NCBI GenBank assembly: GCA_964106645.2
Contig: OZ067048.1
Direction: 5' to 3' (one strand)
Length of the DNA stretch: 64,000 nucleotides
From: Podarcis pityusensis
Taxonomy: Eukaryota
The notes beneath the pieces were generated by a model. It ran no database searches. It saw only the letters and a list, made by a program, of their open reading frames with translations, and was not told the origin of the DNA. This document shows, one piece after another, positions 39,357 to 52,554 of the stretch. Numbering within the stretch: the first letter of the stretch is position 1; each line of letters starts with the position of its first letter. A program made the translations under genes and the position numbers.

Positions 39357-41504
39357 CTCATTGTGAAATTTACTCAGATGAAGGGCTGTAGGTTAGTGGT
39401 AGAGCTTCTGCCAGACTCAATCCCCAGCATCAGGTAAGGCTGGGAATGTACCCTGTATGAAACTTTGAAAGGCCACCACCAGTCAGTGTGGCCAGTACTG
39501 AACTCGATGGATCAATGGTCTGACTCAGAATAAGGCAGCTTCCTATGCTCCTTGTCCTACAGAGATAGAATTTACCAAAAATCCTATCTCTTCCTTCAAA
39601 GAAACAAACTGTTTTCTATTTGGCTGAAACAACCCTCAGAAACATTTGCCCCCACCTTCCCAAGAGACATAAACTTCCTGCTAGGGTGTTGCCCCTCAAG
39701 CCCTCCAGCATCACTGCATCCTAAAAAATATTAGTTTTTTGCCCACAAAAAGCTATTGCTACAATAAACTGGTTTTTCTTTTCTCTTTTCTTCAAGTGCT
39801 ATAGGAAAGTTGGCTGTTTCCCTGCTGTGGTAGAAGAACAAGGCTGTGTATTTTTTAAACTTTGAACATCCACTAGATTCTGATAGATTTCTGTAGGTAG
39901 CTTCTACATTGTGTGAAAGATTACATAACACACAAAGTGAGGAAATATCAGGAAAAGCAGAATGATGTGAAGTGTGAATGCTGCCAACGTTGCTCTGGGA
40001 TTGCAGAGCAGAAAGGAAGCACACTCTGACTTCGGACATTGGCCAAGGGGACCAAAGACCACTGGACGATTGAACTCCTAGGAAGAATATCATGGAATGG
40101 AACAGGAGAAACCAACATGGTTTCATTCATCAGCCAAAGAAGGAGCAGCTACAAGAGACTTGCTTTCCTTCTCACTGCCAGGAAGAATCCTTGGCTCCGA
40201 CAGTAAATTTTCTTGGGAATGTAGAAGCAAAGGAAAAGGATACTCCAGCCCATTCATCTGCCACAAAAACAAAGAGCCACCAACCACTAGTCTAGCAACA
40301 ATACCATTATTAAGGGATGGGAGAGAAATTCAGTTATGCTTGCATTTTATTGTGAATCTTGCCCAGCAGCATAACTCCATTGTCTGTTTCCTGCCAACAA
40401 AATGTGTTCTGAAGCCAGTATGTTGCTGGCTGACAAACTTTGATTTGTTGTATTTATGGCTTGGTGTTACGTGTAAACCCAGCACTTTTCCCAAACCATA
40501 GTTTGTTTCACCATCACACCACAGGTGCTTGCCAAATTATAATGACATGAGACAACAGCAGCTGGGAAATGATAAAATTCTGAGGGGAAAACAAGCCATG
40601 ATTTGTTTTATCACCCAAGAAACAACTTGTAGCTAGTATTATGTGTGAACCAAGACACTGCATATGTGAAGCTGGTTGAGAAACTGACACAACTTCCACA
40701 GTGAAAACAGATGCAAAGAACTCATACAGCTATTCTGCAATCTTGTTATCTATTTCTAAATCAATGGCCCCAAACTTGAACTTACATTTTGACAACACAA
40801 ACAGCAACTTTCCAGTTCCCACCTTGATGCTAAACTGTTTTTGAAATCTGGCTGACTTCTTCCCTTGGAAATTCACGTCACAATAAGCTAGCTAAGTCTC
40901 CACTCTATATTCATGCCCTCACCAGCCAAACTGGCAATAGTAGAACTTACTCCCAAGCCTGCATAGTATTGCAGCAGAAGCCTATAGCATGCTAACAGGC
41001 TGTCTTTTGCCACAAGAGACTAGCATGGCCTCGCTTTCTGAAATTATTCTGTATGAAATCATTGGGCTGGGCTGTATGAGTAGGAGTCCTGTTTGGCTTG
41101 CTTCCTAACAACGTACAAACTTCTTATTTTCTTATTTTCCTTTATTAACCACAGGAGGCAAGAGTCTCATGCATTAGGCAACACAGCTGTCTCTCTCTCT
41201 CTCTGCATTCTAACCTGAGCAGTTCTTAAATTCAGAATGTTTAAAACTAGTAGAATGAGCAAGAACAGGTAAGACTGGCCTTCCTACCTATGGAAAGCTC
41301 TTCCTACCAAAAAGACCTCCTCTTTCTTATCAAATACCTACATGGAATATTTCTTTGCCAGTTGAGAAAGTCCAGCCACTTCTAGGGAAGCACATGGCAG
41401 GTCTAACTACATGGTCCATCTAGTCTAGTATTGTTCACTGTGACTGCCAGCAGCTCCCAAGAGAGTCTTCCCTGTTACCTGCAACCTGATCCTTCTAACT
41501 AGAG

Positions 41505-41972
41505 CAGGGGTCTGCAACCCGCGGCTCCGGAGCCGCATGTGGCTCTTTTACACCTTTGCCGCGGCTCCGGGGCGGATACTAGTGAGGGGAGGAGGCGCAT
41601 TGTGCTCCCCAACACTCCCCACTGTGGCGGGCGCTGTACTGGCTGTGACGTCACATGGTGGCGGTGCGTGTGTTAGACACGCACCGTCCCGACGTCACCT
41701 TCCCGCCCACCCGCCCGCTACATTGTAAGGGGCATGTACATTGGTCACTGTTTTGAAGGGGAGTGAAGAACACACACACACAAAAAGGTAACTTGTTAAT
41801 TTAACATTTATTTCTATGAGGAGGAGTAATTCTGAGGGGTCAAACAAAGAAATAATAAAAAAGTGACAAAAAAGTTATTTTTATAATGACGAGTTTTGCG
41901 GCTCCCAGTTTTTTTTTTCCTTCGGAAATGGGTCCAAGTGGCTCTTTTTGTCTGAAAGGTTGCAGAACCCTG
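41505..41972. mobile_element. Non-autonomous hAT (Charlie-like) element
   Basis: TIRs CAGGGGTCTGCAACC and GGTTGCAGAACCCTG, perfect 8-bp TSD AACTAGAG, CpG-rich so probably young. Confidence 0.9.
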
Positions 41973-42069
41973 AACTAGAGACACTGGTTATTCAGCCTGG
42001 AACATGAACTGTGGTGCCTTCTCCAAACATTCACTAAATAAATAAATAAATAAATAAATATACTTAGGG

Positions 42070-42325
42070 AGGGAAGAAGAAGAGGAGGAGGAGTTTGGAT
42101 TTGATATCCTGTTTTATCACTACCCTAAGGAGTCTCAAAGCGGCTAACAATCTCCTTTCCCTTCCTCCCCCACAACAAACACTCTGTGAGGTGAGTGAGG
42201 CTGAGAGACTTCAGAGAAGTGTGTCTAGCCCAAGGTCACCCAGCAGCTGCATGTGGAGGAGCGGAGACGCGAACCCGGTTCCCCAGATTACGAGTCCACT
42301 GCTCTGAACCACTACACCACACTGG
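42070..42325 (-). mobile_element. tRNA-derived SINE, same family as 43771-44063
   Basis: High-identity reverse complement of the 43.8-kb copy. Confidence 0.8.
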
Positions 42326-43111
42326 GATTCAAGTTAATGTCCTTTAGCAGTATACCAGCTGTGCTTGTGGAATGACTTCTGCAAAAGAAAGTGCAGGAAG
42401 CCATCACAGTTCATGTGGCTGGTTACTCAACAGATTACTTTAGCCCTAATACTTCCTGTTGCACAACCAGCTTCTGCTAGTTCAGCTGTGGCACTGGAGT
42501 TCATACTGCTCAACCACTTTTATTGCCTTTCCACTAGCCCAGCAGCTCCTGTGTTGGCAAGTGAAGGAGAACACCAAACCTGGGTCTGAACATCCGCAAG
42601 CAGCCTCTCATCAGCAGATCGCAAGTCACTTTAAAAGTCAGTGGAATTCTGTGCGCTACAGGTAGAAATCTTTCCCAATACATTGGTATGCATAGAGGCT
42701 TTAGTTTGCTCAAAAGCATCCAGGAACCTGACTATGTGAAGAAATTATAGGATCAATGATCATACATTAATATATACTGGATTTGCACCTCATCCGATAT
42801 GCAGTATTGATTTACAGCTAAGAGTGCCACCTACTGAAAAACCAAACGCGCTTTACTCCTCACTTCAGACACAATTATTTTTGTGGGATAGGGAAGGTTT
42901 TCAAATTAAAAACCATGGTCTTTAAAGTGTCATGCCGTGAAGAATAATTATATGATCTTCACTGAACACTACGTATATGAATCCAGAGGGAAAGAGCAAC
43001 ATCAAGATTCATTACAAGATGTTTTTCCGTCTTCTAATTCAATACGCAATATATTCCAAAAAGCCCTCACAAAACAACCATCACTGATTTTCCCTCTTTA
43101 TCCTCTGCCGC

Positions 43112-43259
43112 NNNNNNNNNNNNNNNNNNNNNNNNNNNNNNNNNNNNNNNNNNNNNNNNNNNNNNNNNNNNNNNNNNNNNNNNNNNNNNNNNNNNNNNNN
43201 NNNNNNNNNNNNNNNNNNNNNNNNNNNNNNNNNNNNNNNNNNNNNNNNNNNNNNNNNNN
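43112..43259. other. Assembly gap (148 N)
   Basis: Run of N. Confidence 1.
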
Positions 43260-43770
43260 AAAGGATTCTTGCTTGTGCTGGACTAAGTGTAGCCCATTAG
43301 AACTTTCAGGAAGTGAATAGCATGGGGAGCAGAGGTTGGCTTTTCGCAACGTTTTTGTCCCTAAAAGTGCTAATGCTTGAAATACAGCAGACCCAGGAGC
43401 TCACAATTTACTTGGAGTGCCCACCAACAGATTTAAAGTACATTAAAGCAGCCTTAAATCTGTTGTGGGCACTCCAGGTCCCAACTGTTTATCATTCAGA
43501 CATTTCTCCAAATCCCCACTCAAGGAGATGCTCTTGATGCATTTGGTTCATGTTTACTTTCACTTTGTCATTTAAAAGACATCCTTTCAACCAGCAAAAC
43601 TGTGACACTGTCCTTGGGATCTCAGCAATATCTCATTGCTTTTAAATCCCACTGGGACTTCAGTGTGCTTAATGTTAGCTGGATCATGCCTCTCTTACTT
43701 GAGCTACTGGGCATAATTTTTATGACCCCACCAATGTTTTTAAGCAGAATCTCTCTTTATGTATTGCTTA

Positions 43771-44033
43771 GAGAGCCAGTGTGGTGTAGTGGTTAAGAGC
43801 AGTAGACTCGTAATCTGGAGAACCGGGTTCGCGTCTCCGCTCCTCCACATGCAGCTGCTGGGTGACTTTGGGCTAGTCACACTTCTCTGATGTCTTTCAG
43901 CCCCACTCACCTCACAGAGTGTTTGTTGTGGGGGAGGAAGGGAAAGGAGAATGTTAGCCACTTTGAAACTCCTTCGGGTAGTGATAAAGCGAGATATCAA
44001 ATCCAAACTCCTCCTCCTCTTCTTCTTCTTCTT

Positions 44034-44063
<30 letters not shown>
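43771..44063 (+). mobile_element. tRNA-derived SINE with (CTT)n tail (Squam3-like)
   Basis: Head GAGAGCCAGTGTGGTGTAGTGGTTAAGAGC...GGGTTCGCGTCTCC and (CTT)n tail. Second copy at 42070-42325. Family name from memory. Confidence 0.8.
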
Positions 44064-44064
<1 letters not shown>

Positions 44065-47000
44065 TTTTATTCACCACAGCAAAGCCTTACCCTAGTTTAA
44101 AAGCAAGCTTCTCTTATCCTACAAAAGGGCAAGCCAGGCTTAGCTTTAAACCCAAGGCAAATCTAGTAAGACAATTCATCTAGACGCATCATCCATATTA
44201 TCAGCAGTCAGCATAACACAACACTCTTAACACAAGAAAGCATGCTTTGCTGTTTGTGGCAAGTAGGCAGAGCATACACAGAACAAGAATGTCTTTCCAG
44301 ATTTGTTAGGAAGTTGTCCAAAAAGTAACTCAAGTGCTACTTCGATGGTCCATAGGGCTATATATAACAGCTGCATAGAAGAAGGGATTTTAACCCATGT
44401 AGATTCTCACGCAATCTACACTTGCTTGAAATTCCTTCTCCTATACAACTATTAAAGGGGCAGGAGTCATTGCTTCGTCTGCATCGAGCTACCCTATGGT
44501 CCACTCATCCCTGAACTTGACTTTTACAGCCTGATTCTAAGCGAGTTTACTCAGAAATAGGTGTCACTGAGGTCAACAACTAAATGAACAGAACACAACC
44601 CTGGAATGCAAGCTGACAAGCTATGGCTGCAGGATTAGGACCAATGCCCTGACCATTGCTTCTACAACATCATATGTACATTCTACAACATAAAGGATAT
44701 TAACTTTTAAAAGACAAATCATAGAAGCACACCGTTAAAACTAATTGCTATGGATGTTTGTTTCAAAAGGCTCTTGCACATTACTTAACCAGAAGTCTAG
44801 AGTGAGGGATACCATGTAACATTACTTCTCAAATAGCAGGTCCAACAGTTTGACTTGACCTCCAAAGTCACATCATCCATTGTCTCCTGAGATAGGCAGG
44901 TGTCATCATGCCAAAAACAGTACCAGGTTCAACATCTGCACCACATGCAAAAAAACCAACGTAGGTTTTATATCTAGCAGACAGCCTTTACTGAGATTAG
45001 GTATCTTAGTAAAAAGGGAAGTCTTAGTTTCTTACACCAAGTTGCACTACAAAATATATCAAAGGCAAACAGAAGTTTGGAGGCAAGCTATGACCAAAAC
45101 TATGCAAGAGGAAATAGTGGTTATTTCATTCAGAAGATGCTAAAGCTGTCTACAAACGAAATACATTTATTTTACTTCAATGCGTTTTTATTTCATGTTA
45201 TAAAAATAGGCTTATTTTCCATGAATTCCATAAAATCTTTCAAGCAGATACTAAATAAGCATTTAAAGAATTACTGCAGCAGATATAAAATGAGAAAATG
45301 TAAACGAAGGATGAATATATGCCGATGCTCCTATTTGCAATATTATTTAGCTGCAGCTCTCTAATAAGCCAATCATTTAAACAAATATTTAAAGGACTTG
45401 GAAAGAAGTTTCCTGGTGTTCATAGAACTTTCAAGCCAAGGGCTTCAGACTGGAGAGCTAATAACAAGATCCACTATTCTGGTTAGTAAACAAGAGGCAG
45501 GTGGATTGTTGTTTTCCTCTGCCCACAGAAAAATGACATCAGCATACATGATCCAGGAGAAAGCTAGCAGGGGAGCAAAAGGCTTTCCAAAAAAAACAAG
45601 AGTATTGATTGCTCCATTTACAAGCAACAAGGAGACAGGGAATACAGACTCCAGTTTTGCTGTGATTTAGGGCACATGTGTTTCACAATGTGGTTGTGGT
45701 TTTTTTGTCACAGATGGAAACAAGATTAGCTGCAGCTCCACTGAAAGGTCCCATCACCTTATGCAAGTCCTTGCCCTGCCAATTACATCTTGTAAAGTTA
45801 AGTAGCATCACAAGTACCCAGCAAAGAGCAACCAACTCTTGATTCTACATCTCTGCCCGTATTTTCCCTTCTCCTGAAACCTTGCAGTCAAAGGATGGGG
45901 AAAGCACATGGCCTTTACGAGTCTAATAGTAAAAGGGTATTAAAGAGATCTTGTGCACAGAAGGTCGTTTTAAAAGCTTTGGAGGACCTCCCCCCCCCAA
46001 AAAAACCCCCTGATATGCACTCATCCTATGCTTTTAATGCATCAAGGGCTCTTTCAAACTGTCGCTATTATCAGGTGGGATTCAATCATATAGTGGAAAA
46101 TTCAGGTGTTACAACTAAAGCCAATTTGGCACTCCGCAAAGTCAGAAACAACGGGGGCGGGGGGGAATGTACTGCAGTGTGGGATAATGTTTTTGGTTTT
46201 TTGCACAGTCATATAACCTCCCTGCAAACAAAACTGGAATGAATCAATAGATCACATAGGTCATCTAAACCGCCTGCAAATGCTGGACAGAAACACCAGG
46301 TTGAATGCCAAATAAACAGATCACCTGGAAGCAAGCAAAGTTTGGACAGGAAAGCCAACAGGGATGAGAACTTGTGATACTCTAGAACCCCAACTCTCAT
46401 CAGTCCCAGCCAGCATTATCAATGGCCACAAATAATGGGAACTAATTCAAGTAATTGAACCACAAGTTCCTCATTTCTGGGTAGGAATGAGTAAATAGCC
46501 TCCAGAAGTCTTATCTGGGAGTTTTTGATTTTGCAAACGAACTCAAAACAGGAAGGATGGGTGAAAAATGAAAGAAGGGTTCTCTGCACAGTGTGTTACC
46601 CCCTCCAGAGTTGTAATGAGTGGACTAATAGAGGAAGAGGCCTCGTGCTCTATGGGTTGCGCAAACTCTTCGCGGGAGACGAGGAGCAGGAGGTTTCCTA
46701 TCTAGCTGGTAGTGGAACAAAGAGTCTCGTCTTTTGTCTTTCGTACACGGGAAGCCAGCACCGATCTAAAGCCAAGCGGAGAGCCTTTTCCTGTTTGTGC
46801 AAACCTCGCAAAACCGCCGCGCGGATTTTTAGGCAGAGGAAGTGCAAAGGCCCCCTCCCCCGCCTATTTTTCTTCTTTTTGCTCGCGGAAAAGCACTGCC
46901 GAGGGCTGGCTTCTGCTGCTTGCGTGCTCTCCGCTGGGAACCAGTTGTGCGCATCTGGCCTGGCGTAGCCCCGGGATGCAAGCGGCAGGCAGGAGAGATG

Positions 47001-49205
47001 GAGGCAGCGGAGGAACCCCAGCGGTGGCCAGTCAAACGTACGCGCCTCCCCTTTTTGGCACGGCTGCCTAGAAAGCCGTGAAGCCGAGAGAGACAGAGAG
47101 AGAGAGAGAGCGAGCGCGCCAGCACAGACTACACGATCCGTAGCTCGCCGGCAAATTTTGGAACTGGGCTCAGGTGCGCAATGATGCCGCGTGGGAGGGG
47201 CAGCGCCGCGCGCGATCCTAAACGCACTGCGCATAAACTTCAAGGCGTCTATACAGGTGCAAATCCAACTGAATCTCACGGGGCTTACTTACTCCCGGGT
47301 AAGTGAGGGGTGTTGCAGCCTTCTTGGAAGCATGTCCCATTAGACTCGAGGAAAGATGCTGCGGGGATGAGGCTGCCCATACAGAGAAGGCGATGCCCTC
47401 TTGCACACGCTTGCCTCAGGCAGCCTCCACTCCCTCCCTTCTCGGAACGAGGCGCTACTACTTCGCCTAGCCACGCATGGAAAGGCGAGGGAGAGGGAGG
47501 GAGAGACAGGCAGAGTGACCGGCTGCAATGGACAACGCGCAGGAAGGATAAAAAATCGCACATTGGATGGGCAGAGGGTTGCAGTTACTCCTAAAGGCTT
47601 GCTTTTCTTCTCCTGCACAATGATCCATGCTGGATTTCCTAGGCGCCTCATATACCCTCTCCACAGCATCTGTGCAAGGCAAGCACACAAACACACATCC
47701 CAGCTCGCCCCACGCCAAACCAGCCTGCTTGAGCATTAGCTATTATTGCCACGCTTGGAAATGCTTGCAGGCGTCAATGAAATAATGCAGCAACAAATAC
47801 CCTCCGCGGAGCTATCAAAGCTCTCCGGTTTGTTGCTGCCGCCGCCGACATAAATAGAACAACCTCCAGATTCCACCATCCCCACCACTCCCTCTCTCTC
47901 CTTGGTGTAGCTAGTTCGGCAAGCCTGCGAAAATCAAATAATAAATTTTAAAAGTGGGGTTTTTGTTCCAAGACTCAGACAACTCTGCAATGATACGATT
48001 CTATGATTCCAAAGCAACTTTCCACAGCAGGTTTTAAAGCTTTTAAAAACGAAACAAAAAAACCAACAAAACAACTCACCACGCTTGACAGACGAGAAAG
48101 GACAACAAAGCCCTAAGTGGGAACCCGCACGAGACTTTGGGGTTTTTGTTTTGTTTTTTGGCAATAAAAAAGAGCGACAAGAAAGAAACAGATGGGGATC
48201 TTTGTCAGAGATGAGGCGCGAGTTCCTGTAGCGAATCACTGACAAACAGGGAGAGAGACTAGTATTTAGAGTCCCAGGGAACTTATCCTACGTGCCATTG
48301 AACTAGCTAAGAATAAAACTTCAAGGGGATCAAGAGAGGCCGAAATCTCAAACACGCTCGCTAAGAAGCAAGTCCCGTCAGTGGGACCTGGAGATAAATC
48401 GCCTTTCCGGCCTTATTATCCTCCTAGTCGACCCATTCATTTCATTCTGAGGGTAACTAGCGAAGGGTAACTACTTCGAAGTTAGCACGCTTAGGATCGT
48501 GCTGCGCAACAGCTCTTGGAAGGCTCACTCCCCTACTGTGGGCGGGGTACAAGGGGGTCTTATGAGGAACGCTGCTCTGGGACAGCAGAGAGAGATGGCA
48601 AAGCCCACCATCCTGTGCACACTTACTTGGGAGTAACTCCCAGTGCACAGCAGGCAAGGATCCGGCTAGGAGTTCCGGGAAAAAGATCGGTGCCAGCCAA
48701 ACTCCGGAGAAATGCCACTCCCCCTTTATCAACACAGAAACATAACAGAGCCGGCGTGACACCGCTTTCTGCATTGCAAACCTCCCGCTACTTTCGTACC
48801 AAAAGCTAGAAATTTATTTATTTTCTAAAAAGCAAAAAACCGCACCCCATCCCTTCGCTTTGCTCAGCTCATCAATTGCAAATTAACCCAACCGGCATTA
48901 ATCATTTGAGACCACGGTTTTTTTATGCCCCCGCGATTTATTTCTGCCTTTTGCAAGGCATCTCCTCCTGGATCCCATTGGAACGCTTAATTAGGCGGCG
49001 GGGGGGGGGTGTTGTTCTCAGGCTACAGATCAAAGCACGCGAACATCATCAAAAGGAGGCAGGTCTGATGAATGGGAAGCGGCGAGGTCCAGGGGGGCAA
49101 GCCGAACGCGGCGCTTGCATCTTACCCGCTCTTTCCCCCTTGGTCAAGAAAAATAAAATAAAAGGTGTGCACAAACAGACAGACATCCAGACTCTTTGCA
49201 TTTAC

Positions 49206-49318
49206 CCGTTGGCTTGTGTCTCCTGGTGCTCCTCCGTTCTCGCAATCTCTTTTGTCTTGTAAAAAATCAGGAGGATACTTATCGTGCAGATAGTCCACCT
49301 CTTCCGAATCGAACGCAT
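49206..49318 (-). CDS. ST8SIA4: ST8SIA4 coding exon 1 (113 nt): cytoplasmic tail, signal anchor and start of stem
   Basis: Manual translation from ATG at 49318: [38 protein letters not shown], matching the vertebrate ST8SIA4 N-terminus. Donor GG|GTAAAT at 49205. Not in the ORF track because it is short. Confidence 0.97.
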
Positions 49319-49319
49319 G

Positions 49320-49800
49320 TCTCCTTCCTCCGGCAAATAGGCGTGCGCGCGTTTGTGTGTATGTTCCTTCTGTTTCCTTTGTTTGGCAGGATGGGTTTTG
49401 AAAAAGGAGAGGAGAAAAAGAGCAAGGGATCAAATTAAGGACCAGCAGCAAAAAATCAAAAGCCGGCGGGATGCTGGAGGGATCAAAGGCGACGGCGGCG
49501 GCTGTTTCCCCTGGGGAAAGTCCTCTTGCCCACGCGCTCCCGCGAGCTCCTCGCTCCAGCCTCTCCGCGCTCCTCTCACGCTGCCTTCCAGTTTAGGTAA
49601 CAGCAGAGGCGGCAGCCGCCAGTCTCCGGGGCGTCACTTAGCGCCGCCCTCCTCCTGGCGGTGAAATGATGAGCCGAGCCCGGCCAATAGGGGGCCAGAG
49701 GAGGCGGAGACGGCGCCTGCCCGAACTTTAAAACAGCTCCCGGCTCGGAGCTGCCCGGCAAAGCGGAGAGGAAAAAGGATCTCTAGAACGCGAGCAGCAT
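49320..49800 (-). promoter_or_regulatory. ST8SIA4: ST8SIA4 promoter and 5' UTR region
   Basis: CpG-dense sequence upstream of the ATG. Inverted CCAAT at 49684-49688, CRE-like GTGACGC at 49631-49637 (minus) and GC boxes. No upstream ATG between 49640 and 49319. Consistent with the Sp1/NF-Y type promoter described for mammalian PST. The exact start site is not determinable. Confidence 0.75.
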
Positions 49801-49997
49801 CTCTTCCATCTAAGGGGTTGCAATTCAGTCCCGGGGCGCAGTTTTACTCGGAAATAAGTTGTAAATCAGTGCAACGGGGCTTAGGGAGCGTGCGCAGGAT
49901 TGCTGCCTTGCACTCGGGAGGAATGATCCTTGCTTGCAGCTCGCTGCCCGGTTTTGTTCGTAGAGACCCGAAAGATGTGAACGACAACTGATGGTTG

Positions 49998-50113
49998 GAG
50001 AGGACGCATCTGAAGTCCGACCCCTGTAATGCAGGAATCTTTCGCCCCAAGTGGGATTCGAACCCACGACCCTGAGGTTAAGGGTCTCGTGCCGAAAAGC
50101 TTGTGCTGTCAAC
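49998..50113 (-). mobile_element. Short tRNA-Lys-derived SINE remnant just upstream of the promoter
   Basis: Minus strand GCACGAGACCCTTAACCTCAGGGTCGTGGGTTCGAATCCCAC resembles tRNA-Lys(CTT). D-arm degenerate. Followed by a CR1-tail-like segment. Confidence 0.65.
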
Positions 50114-50197
50114 GCAGCCTGGAGCAGACTCACGGCCGGGTCTGTGTTATATTGAGGTGCAGTAAGTTATGGTGCACTGTAAGTACAGCCCAGCCTC

Positions 50198-50200
<3 letters not shown>

Positions 50201-50248
<48 letters not shown>

Positions 50249-50258
50249 CCCCCCCCCC
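50201..50258. repeat. (CT)n followed by poly(C), upstream of the promoter
   Basis: Direct reading. Confidence 0.9.
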
Positions 50259-50565
50259 ATCCCAGTAGGAGAAATCCTTCCTTGGAGTTGTATATAACGG
50301 TGTTCAATAAATGTATCCGTGTGCGTGCACTTTGAATGTCAAGCTTCAACAGACAACCCAGGACGGGTTTCAAGGGCGTTTTAGGTTGGATTAAGCTGCA
50401 TTCCAAACTTCCAGGCTGCTTATAGCTGGGACTCAGTGGTATAGGAAAACATTCAAAGACAAGTGAGCAAATAATTCAGGCTCAAAGGCTGGGCCATTCT
50501 AGAAATGCCTACCCCAATTCTTCTTGCTTGAGATGGCTGGGGATGTTAACTGGACAACCGTGAGG

Positions 50566-50906
50566 CAGGGGTGCCAACTTGAATAAAATATTGTGCTGGT
50601 CCAGGTAAGCCCCACCCTGCATAATTGACAACATGCAGTGCTTTTCTCCCGAAAAAAATGGTTAGGGGTACTCTCATTTTCCTACTCATATTGAAATACT
50701 GCCCCTCAATGAGGCCAAACCTAGTTTCACAAAATGTTTAGGGGTATGCATACCCCCTGTGTACCCCCAGAAGAAAAGCACTGATCACATGACACAGTGC
50801 ACACACACCATTTGAATGGGAATGCCCATCAACTTTGTGGGGGCCCACCCCGCTCAAATATTTTATTTCTAGGGTCCCCCACAGCCCCTGTAAATTGGCT
50901 CCTATG
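50566..50906. mobile_element. Nested hAT-type MITEs (inner element 50636-50783)
   Basis: Inner TIRs CAGTGCTTTTCT and AGAAAAGCACTG. Outer 8-bp TSD C(C/T)GTGAGG. Confidence 0.75.
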
Positions 50907-52450
50907 CTGTGAGGACTATTAGTAGAGTCTGTGATGGGTGCATCTGTGTCTTAGATTCAACATAAAACCCAACCAGAGTTCAGCATTGCACACACTAGCC
51001 TTGGACTGACGCACACTCCTCTCCCTTTCTCTACTGCAGCTGCAAGAGGGAGGAGATGGGAAGCTTTGATTCTATTTTCAACTAACCACAGTTTCTTGTT
51101 CCATCCAAATCTGGACCAACTGAGATAATTAATAGCTATTGATTGAAATAAGCCAACGTTGAACCATGAATGATAATTACGCCTTCTTTCAATAAACTAT
51201 AGGTGGCACCGACCATAGTTCCTAATTTAAACAATAAGAAACCAGTCAACTGAAAACAGAAGCAAAAGTGTTCTGTCTCCTCCTTGTGGCCATGCTCTTG
51301 CAGGTAACACTAAACTATGGTTTAGCACAGGGATGACCAATGTGGTACTCACTGGTCGGGGATGATGTGAGTTGCAGCCCAATACATCTTCAGAACACCA
51401 TGTTGGCTATCCCTGATTTAGCATTACTTCTGAACCATGGCATAGTTGAGTAGTAAACACATGTATTTTGAGTATTTGTTGCCTGCATTTTCAACTTTAA
51501 TTCAAAATAAAATTCCACGTCAAATTATATAGCTAATCTAACCAGTGACATGTTTCTGGAGCAATTTTGTATATGCACTTATAAGAGTCCCATTGCATTC
51601 ATACACAAGATATATGGTTAATTTTCAAAGATAATGTTTATTTCAATTCAAAACGCATCTGCTGAAGGAAAAAATAATCCAGGCAGAATAATCTACTGCA
51701 CAAGCCATCTCCAAACTCAGCCTATAATAAAATCAATAATAGTTCTCCAAAAGCTGTGAAATATGTTTGCTTGCGTGGGTGGGTGGGTGTTACTTGTGAA
51801 GTGGAGTATCCCAACAGATGTGTGACTCTGATTTTTAAGTTGTGTTCCAGTGGTGGGAAGGTACAAAAGTGACAAGAAATGGAAGCCCTGTTTCCAAACA
51901 ACACCAGTTATTTGATAGCAAAGCTGACTATTGAAATATAAATTATGTGGCTTGTGTCAAACGAATCATTTCTATGTATGAATGCTAAATAGTTCAATTA
52001 AAGGAATGAAGACACCAGCTGAGAAAAATCCAGTTTCATGGCCGTTAAAGATGACACAGTTTGCTTCATGAAGTGGTCCTGAAAGAGCAAATGTGAATAA
52101 TAGAAATAATTGTACATTTAAGCTATTCAAATTACAATGTGCTAATTAGCACAGCCAATGTGCGTTTTAGGGTAGGCACTCGTAAAAAAAAAGAAAAAGC
52201 ATTATCATGCAAAAGCCTTAACTGCACTTCTATTACCACATTTTATTGAACACAAATAGAGGCAGTTATTGCATAACAGTTAGTGTTGGACTAAGAGCAG
52301 AGAGAGCCAGGTTCAAATCCTCATTTGGTCATAAATCTCACTGAGTGACCTTTGTTACAGATAGGTAGCCGTGTTGGTCTGCCGTAGTTGAAACAAAATA
52401 AAAAAAAATCCTTCCAGTAGCACCTTAGAGACCAACTAAGTTTGTTATTG

Positions 52451-52488
52451 GTATGAGCTTTCGTGTGCATGCACACTTCTTCAGATAC
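52451..52488 (-). ncRNA. Minimal hammerhead ribozyme motif in the inverted Penelope pseudo-LTR (intact copy)
   Basis: Minus strand reads GUAU-CUGAAGA-A-GUGUGCAUGCACAC-GAAA-GC-UC-AUAC: stem I GUAU/AUAC, CUGANGA and GAAA core boxes, palindromic stem II, AGCU palindrome in place of stem III. Confidence 0.8.
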
Positions 52489-52554
52489 ACTGAAACAGAA
52501 GTTAGCAGATCCTTATATATAGTGAGAAGTTGTGGAGGGGTACATCACTAGTAA

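Larger units (their letters stand above)
46650..50150. promoter_or_regulatory. CpG island covering promoter, exon 1 and proximal intron 1
   Basis: Visibly high GC and CpG density against CpG-depleted flanks, with peaks at about 46.65-47.5 kb and 49.0-50.1 kb. Confidence 0.8.

Noticed and set aside
46525-47739. Cluster of 80-190-aa ORFs on both strands
   Set aside because: Expected from stop-codon scarcity in a CpG island; no recognisable domains.
50043-50113. Functional tRNA-Lys gene
   Set aside because: D-arm and acceptor stem are broken, there is no T-run terminator, and it continues into SINE body sequence.
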